Of a stretch of DNA of 64,000 nt, positions 48,601-62,900 are shown piece after piece. Every line of letters starts with the position of its first letter. Within the stretch, counting starts at the first letter, position 1. The notes below the pieces were generated by a model. That model was not told the DNA's origin. It saw only the letters and a list, made by a program, of their open reading frames with translations, and did not search any database. A program made the translations under genes and the position numbers. The stretch covers positions 3,596,001 to 3,660,000 of the forward strand of contig CM082590.2 of assembly GCA_040954595.2 (NCBI GenBank), given 5' to 3'. This stretch comes from Balanoglossus misakiensis. Taxonomy: Eukaryota > Animalia > Hemichordata.

Positions 48601-49918
48601 GTCATAGAAAATAAAAACAAATGGTATACTTTTAACCATGAATTTAGCACATTTTGGAAACGTCCTGTACATTTAATTAATTTTTGCTGATACTTTTTTT
48701 GCCTTTTGATTGAGGCCGCCATGGGAAGATGTACACTGATCGTGGAAGAGAAATGTAGGGAACACGTGTGGGCGATGTCAAAATCAGAGATACCTCCAGA
48801 GAACACCCCACAATAAAATGGTCACGTCTGACATGGCATGATCACAGTTGTAAAAGCACATGCAAGTTGCTTAAACAGTCGTGCGCTGCCATGGTAACAA
48901 TGGTGCGGCATTCGCCTAAATACGACTGTGGGATTCGCGTACATTATTGCCGTAAAGTTTGTTTCATCACATTTTCAAAGCTTTGGATGTCTGAAACATA
49001 TAACGATAGTCTGATTATCTGTGACTATTTCATTGATTCTCTTGTACGGCAGCAGAAACAAATAATGCGACTTATTTATTTGACATACCTGGCCAATATG
49101 TCGGCCATATTTAGAGAGGCATTGTCAAAATAATTGCTCAGTAGCACAGGTATGTTTTTCAACAGGTGTTTTTTTCTCAAGCTATGACTTGTTCATACAG
49201 TTTAGTGACTAAAGGTTTGTTTGGTGAGATTGATAAACTCCATCTACAGTAGTATTAGCTTTGGTTCTATCGTATATTATATCACCAAAAGGAATATTCG
49301 ACGAGTGTGGCCGGTTTATCTCTAAAAATGTTTATCACACAGACAATACTCAGTAAATATCGGCGGTGACAACACAGGTATTTGATGTGCTTAAGTTTGG
49401 TCAAATTCCAGGGTCATCCTGTAGGATACTGAGGACAGTGATTGATCAACTGTGTACACCCATTCACACCTGGCCCAGTGCTTACTTCAACGACAACTAA
49501 AGATTAGCATGGGCGTTATATTGGATTTTAACTCGCCACTGACAGCAGCATTTTTAAAAGCAATATTCTATTTAAGAATTCGGCTTTTTTTTGCTTAGTC
49601 AACGGCAACAATGTTCATTCCCGATTAACCACCATTTACAGTGTCCTAGCCATTTCTGTACTTAGTGTTTCAAACCTTAATCTTCTATATGAGTCAACAT
49701 TTCATTTTTTGCCTAAATGATCGTCTGTTAAGCATGCTGCGTGTATGGTATATTTATAACAGTCATGTTTAGTTGTTGCGAGAATGCACTCAGATCGATC
49801 CTGGTATGACTAGACATTTGGACGCATCACACCCTATGTGCCTCGTTGAGCCTGGTTAGTTGGTGATGACGTCATTCTCTAAGGGGTGGCGACCTTCATA
49901 TTATCAGACATATTGTCA
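45683..49918. repeat. ~92-bp inverted repeat pair (45683-45774 and 49827-49918)
   Basis: The second copy is the reverse complement of the first with few mismatches; each contains TGACGTCA. Confidence 0.85.
45775..47829. repeat. ~2-kb direct duplication, copy 1 (copy 2 at 50781-52737)
   Basis: Long colinear near-identity; copy 2 has two small deletions. Older related segments lie at ~42880-43990, ~48690-49520 and ~53190-53470. Confidence 0.9.
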
Positions 49919-50780
49919 GTTGAAATTCTAAATTTAGTTTGTGTTCACCTTTATCTTCAAAATGCCCCACTTACAATCCAACCAAAAAGACTAAATTAAT
50001 GTCATTGTCACAACAGTAAATATTGATCAGTTATGGAATAAAGGAATGGCTTGAGTCCCTCGGGTGGTGAGTCACTGTGGTATGCCCATGCGCAGTTGAT
50101 GTTTAGATGTGATATGTTAACGGCAGGAACCTAGAGACCAACATGCAGTGTGGAACTTCATAAGTTACAAGTCAGTGGACAGCGTTAATGATTAAAACTC
50201 AGACGACTCCAGGCCAGGACAAACAACTAATATGAATCCTGTCCCAACTAAATACTACCTGAAACATAGCGCCCAGCTCCACTAACTTTTATATATACTT
50301 ATATATTTCATTTTTGAACTCTAGACACCCACGTATAAGTATTGCACGAAGAATCTGAAGCCGTGCTATAAAGTACATATAAAAAGATTGCAGTCAAATA
50401 TAAAAGAACAATTTCTATTTGTTGAGAGTCTCGGTCCAAACAACATATTGGAAATTCCAGGCTTGTGTGTGTTCCCCTATCCTCTCAAAATTACCAAGGA
50501 ACATGTACATAAGAATTTGCATGGGTTCTTCAGACCAGATTGTAAGTGACAGTTAGGTTTTCGTAAAGGTTTCTCACATGACACATTGCTATGCAAAATT
50601 GTAAATGTTCATCAAATAGTCTAAATGGTCTAATACTTTTTACATTAACGTAATTTGTTTGACCTGGCATAATATAATTTACTACTTTGAAATGGTTACA
50701 TCATCAATACCAATAGAAAATCGATTGTGACGATAAATACACGTTACAAACTGTGACAAGCCGTTTTTCTTGAAATGCCG

Positions 50781-52737
50781 AATTGCAATTATCTGCTTTT
50801 GTCTGGCGTGTATGTATAATTTTGGTCAGGGATTTCAGATCGCTTCCTTACAAGGCACTACTGAATAGTCGCTAATAATTTAAACAATCGATTCGCTGGA
50901 TGTTTCAAGCAATTCCCATGCTTACAGTTGAACAGATAGCTCAAAATGGCATTCAGCATGTTGCTCAACGGATGACCTCAAGTGACCCAACGTGCACTGG
51001 ATATAGGGCAGACTAATAAAAACCGCACAAACCTACCATTTTTCTAAAGACGTCATTTCAAGTTAAGAAACAACACTGAAAATTACTTTAACAATTCAGA
51101 AACGGATTCAGATAGAGATAACATTCTCATGATTTTTGTGTAAACGCTATAGGAAAAAACACAGTTTAAAAATATAGTAAACAGAATACACCCCACATAA
51201 ATTATCCCTCGAACACTCTCTACAAAATATAAACATTCTCGACGTGGAAATGTTCATAATAACAGATAACGACCTTTCAAATTGCTTCAAAGAATAGTGT
51301 TAGGGTTAGGGCTTTCTTTGCACCAGCTCCTTAAGGTAGTATGCTCTTCGGGGACATATTTTCAGTCAAGTTGTATTCCCCAAGCTTTTAAGAATGTACG
51401 CGCAGAACATAAACTAGAAAATGTGCGCATTCGGCTTTTCTCCATACGATTAAATTGATAATTGCTCAATCAAGTCAAATAAATTCAGTGGTCAAATAAA
51501 ATCGTATGGTCACCGCGCTCCATTTTGAGATACATTTCGTTAAATATTTTACCCATACACAAACCAATGGTGAAAAATGCTGAGTCAGCAGTTTTCTTTT
51601 ATTATCGACTAAATTCATGGCGCTGAATTTTAAAAACAAGCGTGGTGACTCCTATATTATTATACAAACAAAGGTGAATCCAAAAATCTACAATCAAAAG
51701 AAACGACAATACTTTCAATTTTACTCAACGTACATTATAGTTTTTGTATTACAGTGAGTGGGGAGTTTTTTATACATAGAAAACTGGGTATTCACCATCT
51801 TGTTTTCATCTCTAAGGAGTTGATACAAAGATTGGTGGCCATTTTTGAACACGTGTTATTTGGTTCCCAATTTATTTCAATTTCATCGCTAGAAACAATA
51901 GCATTTAGGCAAAACGTTACAGTACGATATTCCCATTATTTATCACAATTTCGTTGATTCTCTGGTACAGCAGCAGAACATAGTACGACCTACTTAGTAG
52001 AGATATCTCGACAATATGTCGGTCAGGTCACCATTAGTGACTGAAGTTGTGTTTGCCTTATAGATTAACGTCCATACAGTATCTAAACTTTGATTCTATA
52101 TCAAAGATATCATGAACAGGTACATTCAACGAGTGTCACCTAATTAATTAAGCTTATACGTCAAACTGTTTGTCACTCAGATGACAATTCGTGGGCTTAA
52201 GTGAGATCACTTCATTGAAAAGGAGAATCGTACGTGTCATTGTGGATTGGAGACAACAACCCACATTAAGTATTAAGAATCATCCTGTACTATTGTACAT
52301 ATAGGTGAACAAACTTTTTTTAAGTTAACCCATGGTCGGTAATTATCGGGGCAAGTTAAACTTCAAAATTTAAAATCAACAACAAATCCCTTTCTCTTAA
52401 AATGGTTGCTGGGTAGTCCATACTTACACTAATCATTGGCTTAGGAGGCAAAACTGATATTTTACATGATGATTTTACATGTAATATATTTATTGCATAA
52501 ACATCATGTTATATTGTACATACAGGCGTATAAACCCTTTTTAATGTTAACCCTGGTCGAAAAATATCTAAATGCTTGTTTAGCAGTTTATATACTTGCA
52601 CCTATCATTGGAAAGTAGTGGTATATATTTAACGCGCGCGTATATTTTTTGAACACTATTTCTGTTTAAAAACAAATCTGGAGAAAAATAAGATCCCTGC
52701 CACGTTTATGTTTACATGTTTAGTGGCTGAATATGAT
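50781..52737. repeat. ~2-kb direct duplication, copy 2
   Basis: See 45775-47829. Confidence 0.9.
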
Positions 52738-54399
52738 CAAGACACCTTACGTAGGATCATTGTGTAGAGCAGAGTGAAGAAGTTTGATAAGACGAATGGA
52801 ATTGGCATAAATATCTGTCGAGACAACAAAGGTATTTGATAAACTTAATTTTGGTCAATTCTCGGGGTCAACCTTTACCATAATAACGACAGTGTCTGAT
52901 CAGCTTTGTAAATTCATGCACACCGGTCCCTTGCTTATTTCAATAACTAGTAAAGATCAACGCTATATTTCAACCCTCTGACTTTATACAATCTGTAATC
53001 ACAATACTAGGCTTAACATTTAGTAGGATGGCTTCTAAAAATGTTTAGTTTAATGGCATTCGTCATGGAGATAATTTTCTAGATACTCTGAAGTATAGTA
53101 TCGCCAAATTTTGATTTGTATTAGCAGGTCATTCATTGGTTAAAAGTTAACACTTCGTTACATATTCTATCTTTTCAAATATGAATGTGATCATGGAAGA
53201 AAATTTACTAAACATGTGTGGGCGATGTCAAAATTAACAATACCTCTTTATTACATCCCCACAAAAAATGGTCGCGCCTGACTATTATCCTATCACAGCG
53301 CTAGCCGCATATATTGGCAGACGCGTATGCATGTTGCTTAAACGCTCGTACGCGGCCATGGTAACTATGGTGCGGCATCCAGCTATGCCACTGAACGATT
53401 AGCGTGCATTAGTACCGTGAAGTTTGTTTCTTCACATTGATAAAGCATTGCATGTCTAAAATATATAACGCTCTCTTATTCTGACTAAGTCTTACAGCTG
53501 ACATATAAAGCAGAGTTAGTAGCAATAGAGAAATACAACCTTACCTGTCACAACAAATGGCTGAACGTTTCTACACGGTCACACAGCACCACATCTTATG
53601 CAGCTCACGGCCAGTCGAATAATGTCGACAACCGGTGTGGGTAGATGAGAATGACTGGGTGTGTTAATGTGCAAAGCTGTTTATTGGTTAATCTTTTAGT
53701 TCAACTGATAAAAAATGACGTCTATCACTCCGGACAGACCTAACAGAATGTCCAGTGTGGAATAACTAATTATTTCAACTATTGACGACTCTGTCTCTAA
53801 TTACAAAGTCCATCTGATTGTCCCTGTACCAATGACCTGGCTGCGATCCAGCGCAGCCACTGGTACCAGTTGGAACAGAAATATGTTATCACCATTCCGT
53901 TTAATCCATTTCTCAGGATTGTTTTTCAATGCATGATAGCATTCAACATTTCTAATACATTTGAAATAAACAGCTTACTACGCTTAAATTCTAAGCTTGA
54001 CATTTTTGTAACTGTGGCGGAATATAAGAATATAATCAGTTGTTGATATAAACGGAGGCCACATTGACTGCACATCAGAAAATCTTGGTGTAAGTAGCTA
54101 ATACATATAAGTCAGGCAGGGTGAACACACTCATGCTGGAAATATTTTATTAACCATCTGACATGTAAATTGCAACGTTTGGCTTTTTTGTAGGCTATTA
54201 CGGTTTAAGGCAGCGTTCAAAAACATCATTGGAGGGGCCATGATAATTAAGAAAAAAACATTGTCATTTTATTCTAACAACTCCTGGCACCAGCAAACAA
54301 TTCACGTAGGGCCTACCGACTTCCTTTCCAAAATTATTTAGTTTTAGAGACGGACACTGCGCTGTGAAGCATTAATAACTGACCCAAGGGGGATTAAAT

Positions 54400-54903
54400 A
54401 TTTACTTTAACATGTTCCAGTATGTTTTATCCTTGCTGCAATTTTGTCTTCTGTTCATGTTCTTTTCTTGCTCAGTCCTAATTAAATTATTTAGCAGATT
54501 TTCTCTACCTGCAATTAATCAATGCAATTTTGTTTTGCTTGATTGTATCAAAGACTCTACGGTCTATGGTTGTATTGTAGGATGGTGGTCGTGATAGTGT
54601 TGACCTGTTTATTTTGTATGACCGAATACTATCTTTAATCCTCCAGACAGGATTTGATAGCTGTCTGCTGTTTGCATGTTTGCTGTGTGTGAACGAATAG
54701 GAGTGGTTGTTGTGACGCGTCCTGAATGTGCGGTCAGTCAATCAAATACAACACCTCACATCACATCACCTTTGCTCGGAGTGACTTGACATTGTGGACG
54801 ATGGCCTGACATTGTCCATCAAGTGGGCAGTTGACCTTGGTGCAGCAAAGACATACATTTAACCTTTGTTGTTGTTGGGGGGGGGATTTGTTGGTTGTTG
54901 TTG

Positions 54904-54954
<51 letters not shown>

Positions 54955-55160
54955 CCATATTGCACCGATTGTATGAGTTGATTGGACTCACAATGTTTCC
55001 CCTGCAGCTGTAACTGATATTCAAGTTGTAGTTTTCAAACTCTTATTCGGTTTGGGTGACTTTGGGTAATGCCTCTTGGTAAGACGTGGAAACATACCTC
55101 CGATGGTGGTCATAACATTATTGTTGTAGTTTTTTTTCAAACCTGTTGATGTTAATTTGT
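54400..55160 (-). mobile_element. Degenerate Penelope-like retroelement fragment (linker plus GIY-YIG endonuclease)
   Basis: Broken frames give ISYSCRGNI, CLCCTKVNCPLDGQC and TDRTFRTRHNNHSYSF...LSNPVWRIK, typical of the PLE C-terminus; contains a (CAA)n expansion at ~54890-54953. Confidence 0.8.
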
Positions 55161-56900
55161 GTTCAAATGTAATGTTGTGTATAATGTAAGTCGTGCTAGT
55201 GACGTCTGTCATGTCTATGAATAAATCTTCTCGATAGTAGACAACCAGACCAGTGTCCTGTGCATTTGGTATTTAGCATGTAAATAGGGGAAAAGCGATA
55301 TCTGGAAAGAGGGGTGATAAAACATCCAAAAATACAAAACATTATTCCCCTTTACGTCAAAATGCTTCACCGATAACACTTTTGAGTATATTAGTCAAAG
55401 AGGTTCTACATAAACGTTTTAAGTGGCTCTTCTTCGAGATGGAATGGTTTTGTGTGAATATAGCAATGGCGCGCGAAGCGATCGAAACTACCGCATTGAA
55501 CGAACCCTCCTACCCAGCGTTCCCGGATGTCATTGCCTGAGCATGCGTAGAAGTAGTACGAGGCAATCTGGCGCGCGACAATGTGTAGGCCACATTTGCT
55601 CGAGTGAACTAAATTTGACTGTTTTTCGGAGTTTTTCCACGCATTTTCTTCTAAAGTATAGAGTGTGGTTCCGTCCGACCTCAGACATTTACCGACTGTG
55701 TTCAAGACTGGTTTTTAAACGAACCGGATGAATTATTCGTGATTGAATTAGGCCTATGTCCGCTGTCACGTTGTTGACTGCCGCGCTGGCCACCCTAACT
55801 AGCTACCGCCCAGGGAAGTGTGTTATGATGTACTGTAGGACTAGACTAGACTGGTTTTTGGTGTGGTCTGTGGTTGCTTGAGCTTGGACTAAGTGTTGTC
55901 GCAGGTGCCTTTGGAAAGCTAACTTCAGCGTTATGGGTCTCTAGCAACTTAGTTAGAGATCTGGTTCGGGGCACTAGCGTCAGTGCTGGTTCAACCTTGG
56001 GTCAACATGGGTCTTTTCATATTGTTTGTTTTTCTCTCGGTTCCGTCGTAATTGCAACGGGCCAGTCTGCTCAGATGGCGATGTAAATATCAATATCAGT
56101 CGATAGTGGTTAGGTCAGAGTGCAGTGTTGATGATATTTCAAGCGACGGAAGGGCTAGTTCCTTGGAAAATGTATGCAAAACTTGCAGTAGAATATAATA
56201 GCATGAATATATAAGTGATTTCTTAAATAAGTCTTGCTCTTGCAGCCTGCACATAAAATTAAATTGAAAACTCAAATTACCGAGTTGAAAGTAAAACTTC
56301 TGGGCGCATTTATTAACCTGTAGACGTGTAAATGTTTCTTGATTGGTGTACAGTACGCCCGGGGTCGTGTTAATGGAAATCAATAGATTATGGCGATCCA
56401 ATTTCCCTAATAGTACGAAAAGGGAGGGATCTACATTCAGCGGTCAGTTGCTGAGCCTGAATGCAGTGAAGCAGGCCGTCTGACCGGAAACACCGGGGAG
56501 ACCTTATTAGTCCATTGCAGGTCACGTGACAAACACGTGGCAACGAATAGCAAGGGTGCAGACGTATCGAGTATGGGAACTAAGGGATGGCCCATTAAAT
56601 TTGAGTGTGTTCATGAATTATACCTGATTTCTTTCATGAATATTTTTTTTATGAATCTGCTTGTCTAATTGCTTTGAATTTTGGTAGGTGTATTCCTTGT
56701 GGTGATTAGAGTAAGATATTGTAAAATTCTGGCAATATTTGCAAAATTGTGTTTTTTGCCACTTATGAACAAAAATCGTTTTCTCTGAAACAGCTTATCT
56801 GATTACTTTGAAGTTTGGTGGGAAAATTCTTAGGGATATTTAAAATATTGGTGAAGTTTATGTTCTTGGTGCCACTTTTGCTGTTTTTGGTCCTAAATCA

Positions 56901-59652
56901 TTTTTGGGGGCACAAGCGCCCTCAGGCGGCTTGTGCCCCCATTGTTATTGTTGGAATTTTTTAGGGCCCAAGCGCTTGCTTGCGCTTGGGCCCTATTGGT
57001 TTCGTTGGGGTTTTTCTTTCTTTCTTTCTTTCTTTTTTCTTGTGTCAATTCTTCGGCCAACGAGATCACTGAAACTACTGCAGGTACACTGCTCAAACTT
57101 GCTACAGTGGTCAAGGTCAATAAGTAGATGTGCAGTGACTTGTGAATACTTAATTAGTCACGTGACCTGGCGGCCATATTGGATTTTCTGAAAAAATGCA
57201 AATCTCAGATCTCAGAAACTACAAGTCAGATCGACTTCAGATTTGGCGTGCAGGTAGTGTACCTTCTACCCATCATTTTTGTAATTGGATATTTTGCTGT
57301 CAATGTTGCAGTTTTTTTGCTACAGTTGTTTTTCTGAAATCTGGTCAAAATTTCAAAAATCTTCTTCTCCAGAACCGGCGATAACCGAGTCACGCGGTTT
57401 GTGGTATGTGGTCACCTAACTGATGTCTATCAAGTTTGCGAAGATCATTGTGATTGGTCGAAGATTATGGCGGCCATATTGGATTTTCGAAAAACCATAG
57501 TAAAGCTCAAAAAATCTTCTTCTCCAGAACAGGCAATAACTGAGTCGCAAGATTCGGGGAGTATGGTCACTACACTGATGTCTATCAAGTTTGCAAAGAA
57601 CATTGTGATTGGTCGAAAATTATGGCGGCCATATTGGATTTTGTAAAAAGCAGTGAAAAATTGAAATTCCTTTTTCTAGTCTAAAAATTGATAGCATACA
57701 AATTCTTTTTATGGATATCAATCGTCATGTGACTAAAATATGTTACAATTTTTTGGCGATTTTTCACATGACCTTTGACCTACTTATCAGGCGTTATTAT
57801 TTCTGCATATTTAATTCCAGGCTAACCTATAGGGCTAGACGTTTGGTTTTTGATGAATGTGGATTAGTGTGTGATCAAAATATTTTGCTACTTTTCATGA
57901 CCCCTTTGACCTCTGCTGACCTCATTAATTATGTGCATAGCTAATTACAGGCGAACCAATAGAGCTAGAGGTTTGGTTTTTGTTGGACATGGACCAGTAT
58001 GGGATCAACATTTTTTGCCCAAATGTTGGGTGACCTCTGGTGACCTTTGACCTACTTTCGCATATCTCAGCATCCAGAGCAGATACAGCCATGGCATTTG
58101 GTAGGATGGGACCAAAATGTAAAGCCACATTTTTGGGTCACCTGTGACACCTGCTGACCTCATTAAATATGCACATACCTAATTACAGGCGAACCAATAG
58201 AGCTAGACTTTTGGTTTTTGTTGGACATGGACCAGTATGGGTAAAAAAAATTGCCCAAATTGTGGGTGACCTCAGGTGACCTTTGACCTACTTCACCCTA
58301 TTTCAGCAGCAAAAATACACACATCCTTGTTATGTCATGAGATAATACATCCGATAGAAAATTCTGTTTCTTCTCATTCATACTGTGCATATATAATTCA
58401 AGATCAGCGCTTGGGCCCGACAATGCTGCTTGCAGCTTTAATCTTATTATTATTCTTCTTCTTCCGAGAAATATGTCATTGTAAATCTGGAAAACGGCAG
58501 CACCTAGGGGGCCGAAACTTGGTAGGGTGGTAGGGGCCAATGAGTAGACGTGCAGTGGCCCGTGAATATTTAATTAGTCACGTGACCTGGCGGCCATATT
58601 GGATTTCCTGAAAATCGTTAAATGAGTCCTTCTCAAAAACCACTGGGCTGATCGAGTTCAAATTTGGTGTACAGGTAGCCTACCTTCTGTCCATCATTTT
58701 ACCCCCTTGAAATCATGACGTCATACATAAAGTTTTTTTGCTACAATTGTTTTTCTTAAAAACTAGTTAAAACTTTAAAAATCTTCTTCTCCAGAACCAG
58801 CGGTTACCGAGTCTCGGGATTTGGGATATGTGGTCACCTTACCTATGTCTATCAAGTTTGCGAAGCGCACTCTGATTGGTCAATCATTATGGCGGCCATG
58901 TTGGATTTTCGGAAAACCATTGAAAAGTGATAATTCCGTTTTGTAGCCAAAATGTTGACAGCATGGAAATTCTTTTTTTGGATATGAGTCATCATATGAC
59001 CGGAAGTTGTCACAATTTTTCAGGGCAATTTTCACATGACCTTTGACCCAGTTTTAAAACAACTAATTATATATGCATATTCCCCATACCTCCTCTTGTC
59101 AAAGCACCACAGTCATGAATTTTGTGGACATGGGTACCAATGCTGCCAGGACATGACACAAATATTTCGGTAATTTTGGCAATGACCCTTGACCTATTTC
59201 TGAAACATCATTTTTCTGCATATCTAATTCTAGGCTAACCAATAGGGCTAGAGGTCTGGTTTTAGTTGGACATGGCCCACTCTGGGGTCAAAATTTTATG
59301 CCCAAATTTTGGGTGACCTTGGATGACCTTTGATCTACTTTCCCATATCTCAGCATCCAGAGCAGTTAGAGCCCTGGCTTTTATGGGTATTGAGCACAGA
59401 ATGGAGTCTTACACAAGACCTCATTAATTATGTGCATACCTAATTGCAGGCGAACCAATAGGGCTAGGGGTCTGGTTTTTTGTTGGATCTAGACTAGTTT
59501 GGGGTCCAATTTATTTGCCCAAATTTGGGGTGACCTCAGGTGACATTTGACCTACTTTCCCATATCTTGGTATCCCCAGCAGATACAGCCGTGGCATTTG
59601 CTGGTCACCATGGGAACCGCTTGTGCCCCCCAATGCTGCTTGCAGCTTTAAT
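56901..59652 (+). mobile_element. HINE/DINE-1-like element (outer)
   Basis: 5' T-run plus palindrome GGGGGCACAAGC..GCTTGTGCCCCC; 3' GCTTGTGCCCCCC plus GCTGCTTGCAGC and TTTAA; internal units related to the 237-bp repeat. Confidence 0.87.
56963..58442 (+). mobile_element. HINE/DINE-1-like element (inner, nested)
   Basis: 5' palindrome AGGGCCCAAGCGC..GCGCTTGGGCCCT; 3' GCGCTTGGGCCC plus GCTGCTTGCAGC and TTTAAT; it sits in the T-rich tract just after the outer element's 5' hairpin. Confidence 0.87.
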
Positions 59653-59904
59653 TTCTCTTATTTTTGAAATTTGGTTTATAACACATACATGAGAACTTCT
59701 ATTCTAATATCACAATTTCTTTGTAATTTTCTCTTTTTTTCAACAAATTTTCTCCTAAGCCACTTGTCCAGTTTCTTTGAAAGTTACTCTTTACATGAGG
59801 TGGGTGAAACCCCACTGAGATTTTACATTATTCATGTTTACATAACTTTACTAGGCCAGCTGTTACAGAGACCACCAGCTATTCTTTTATTAACTACCAG
59901 TGGT

Positions 59905-62900
59905 AGGTCAGTGAGTGTCTCTGACTGTCTGTCCCAGGGCTGCTTGAAAGAAGTTGCACTGCTTGTAAGATTGCCTTGACACATGATTGGGCATGTTCCT
60001 ATAGTTCTATTGCTTTTTACATTTCCATATTTAGATATGGTTAGGTCATATCTGCTTGCCAATGTTACCTGCAGTGTTCTCTAAACAAACATAATTTTTT
60101 AAAGCTTTGAGTCAGTTTGAAGATTTGTAAAAAATTCTCTCAGTCTGTACTTTGCATGTATTGTGGATAATTTCCTTGAGTCACCAGTGAGTCAGTGGTG
60201 CATCATATGGGCTTAGAGGGCACACTGACAGTGACAAAACTATACCCCAAAGCATTGCATATAATGGTCCCAAGCAGATATACATTTCCACAACTTCGCC
60301 TCCATAGGCGTAGGAACCAGGAGTGGGTGGTCACTTGCCCCCCCCCCCCCCCTCCTATGCTGAAGTAGGGGGGGGGGACCAAGAAATACTTTTGCCCCCA
60401 ACTTTAGGGACAAAAAAATTGCGGTTTGGAGATTGTTATATTACAAAATGTTCTAATGTCAGAGGGGGACACCCCTTCCCACACCCACCCCTTTCATTCT
60501 TTCACACCTTTCATGTATTGCCTGGTGGACCTGGGCAGAATACTTGCCCCCCCCCCCACCAATGCTAACTTTGAGCGACGAAGGTTATATTTGTCCTTCC
60601 CAACATAGTTGAGTTAATTTGCTTTTTGAGTTCATTAAAATGCAGCTTTGAGCTCTGTATATAATAAAATTTTCTAATGTGGGAGGGGGGCACCCACTCC
60701 CAAACCCACCTTTACCAATTCTACTAACTAATGTAATGACTTGTCCTTTTAATTTGTTCATATATTAATTTAATTATATTAATTTATTTATGTGTGCAAA
60801 TTTCCATTGTAAGTCATTCACCACCAGAACGTTGGTTACATTTGCCCCCCCCCCCCCCCATGAATTGCTCCCTAAGCCCCTGGACTCGCAAAATATTCGT
60901 ACAGTGTGCACTTTCATCCATTCGGGCTTAGATTATTCCTGAAATAATTTAGCAAAAACATAAACAGAAAATCATTTCAAACAAATGCAACACAATTTGA
61001 ATGACATCCAATGGGCTAGTCATTGTCCTATCATAGAACATTGAAAGGGTATATGAATAAGGCTTTCCAACAAAAGGTACTACATAATTAGATTTTTTTT
61101 AAAAATCGCTTAAAATGAATATAGTGCAAACAAATTCTGAAAATATTTTCTCAATTTTATTCAAACAAAATTGCCAATATTGAAATTAATTCTTCAAATA
61201 CATGTCATCAATACTTGAATTATCAACCTGTCTTCTTTATTAGTATATGTTTAAATCTTAAAACACTATCATTCTCATTAATATGCTCAGAAGAGTTGGG
61301 TTTTAAGAATCACAGAAATGTTATTTTTGAGCTGCGCTGAGTGGTACTGAATCTAAAAAGTTTGGTTGTGCATACACATTTCGAGATGGTGCATTCAAGC
61401 AAAGAAAACAACCAAACATGTTTTGAACTAAAGCAATTTATAATACGTTGTTAATTTTGTGGATGATTTTCCACATTATGAAAAGTAAACTTTCCCTTTG
61501 ACTGTAACCATACCAAATAATAAGGAAATGTGACTGTAATCTTTACACAAATGAATATTTTAAATGAGGCTTCATGTATTAGAATAAAACTTACTAACTG
61601 AATGTATTGGCCCGTATTGTCAGCACCAACAATCTTGTCATTTGAGATGCTTGCATTTTCCTTCATATTATACAAACCCATTCGTTTGTACAGCTAACCT
61701 TGTCAGTAATACTCAGAAAATACATTTAAACACACATCACATATGTCTGGCTGAAACACAAAGCATATTCACGGCTAAAAGATATATCACATATACTGTG
61801 ATAATAATACTTAACTAAATGTCATTTCTAGTAAAAACAAAAACATCACATACAGTGATTCTTATCCTTGATTATATGTCACTATTCTATGCACAAAACA
61901 TCACTTAGAGTGATAATGATCCTTGAGTATCACGTACAAGTACTTTTTTGTGTCAGCATCATATGGGTAGATATGTTCTATTAGTACTAAAACTGTCAAA
62001 TCTACCATTGGGCCATACTTGGATTATTTTATATTATTTCAAGTACAGCAAACCCTAGCCAATCCGGTAAAATAAGTGTAACCAGAATACATTGTCAATT
62101 CTCTTTCATTGAGAACCACATGTTACAGGAATATCTATAAACCTGGAACCTCTGCAAACAGACCATTATCTTCCACCCCTTTGGTATCCACTAAAGACTG
62201 GAATTTTACTGGAATTTATAACTGCTGCAAGATAGTAAACCAATGTGCCTTTAACATACAGTTTTCATTCACAATTGTTCCACAGCTAAATATATGACCA
62301 CTGTCCGTGTGACATTTCACAGGCCGGCTTTGTTATTGAGAAGACAGTCATGGTTGGAGAGTGGTTTGGTGTATTGGCTTCATTGTCTCTGCGGGGCTAA
62401 TTACTGTATGTGTGTTGGGAACGTTTCACTTGCACACACCAATTCCGTTACTCAGTTAAATTCGTAGACATTGCAACAATTTTCATGGAAATACTGCCAT
62501 CCTTTGCAATACAAACCAGAAATTGTTATACTGACGTCGCAGCGGTCTGCTTCTGAGATGTTGATGTCATCATCTTAGGACGTTAGATGTAGATGAGCCA
62601 TGTCACCTTCAACACCATGAAGATCAGCTGACGCCCCAAGTTTTCGGAACATCTCATGTATTTCTTCTCTGGCAGCGTAGACATCACAACTTCTATGCTC
62701 AAGAATTTTAACCAGGTTGGAAAAATTGCTCTTACAGAATTTGTTATCTGTAGTTGACTGTTGGCCTGCACGTTGTTGTCCTCCACAGCCCTTGGACCAA
62801 ACAGATAAAGCATGTTGTGTGGGGGATTGAATCGATGCACTGTGTTGCCATGAAGCCACCTCCATGTGAGGGATCCCCATCAAGTCTGCCATAGCCCTGT

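Noticed and set aside
53540-53640. Non-coding first exon of the ROCO gene
   Set aside because: Only a donor-like CAG|GTAAG supports it; transcript data are needed.
54761-55024. Poly-Q or poly-C protein
   Set aside because: A (CAA)n expansion inside a decayed Penelope fragment.
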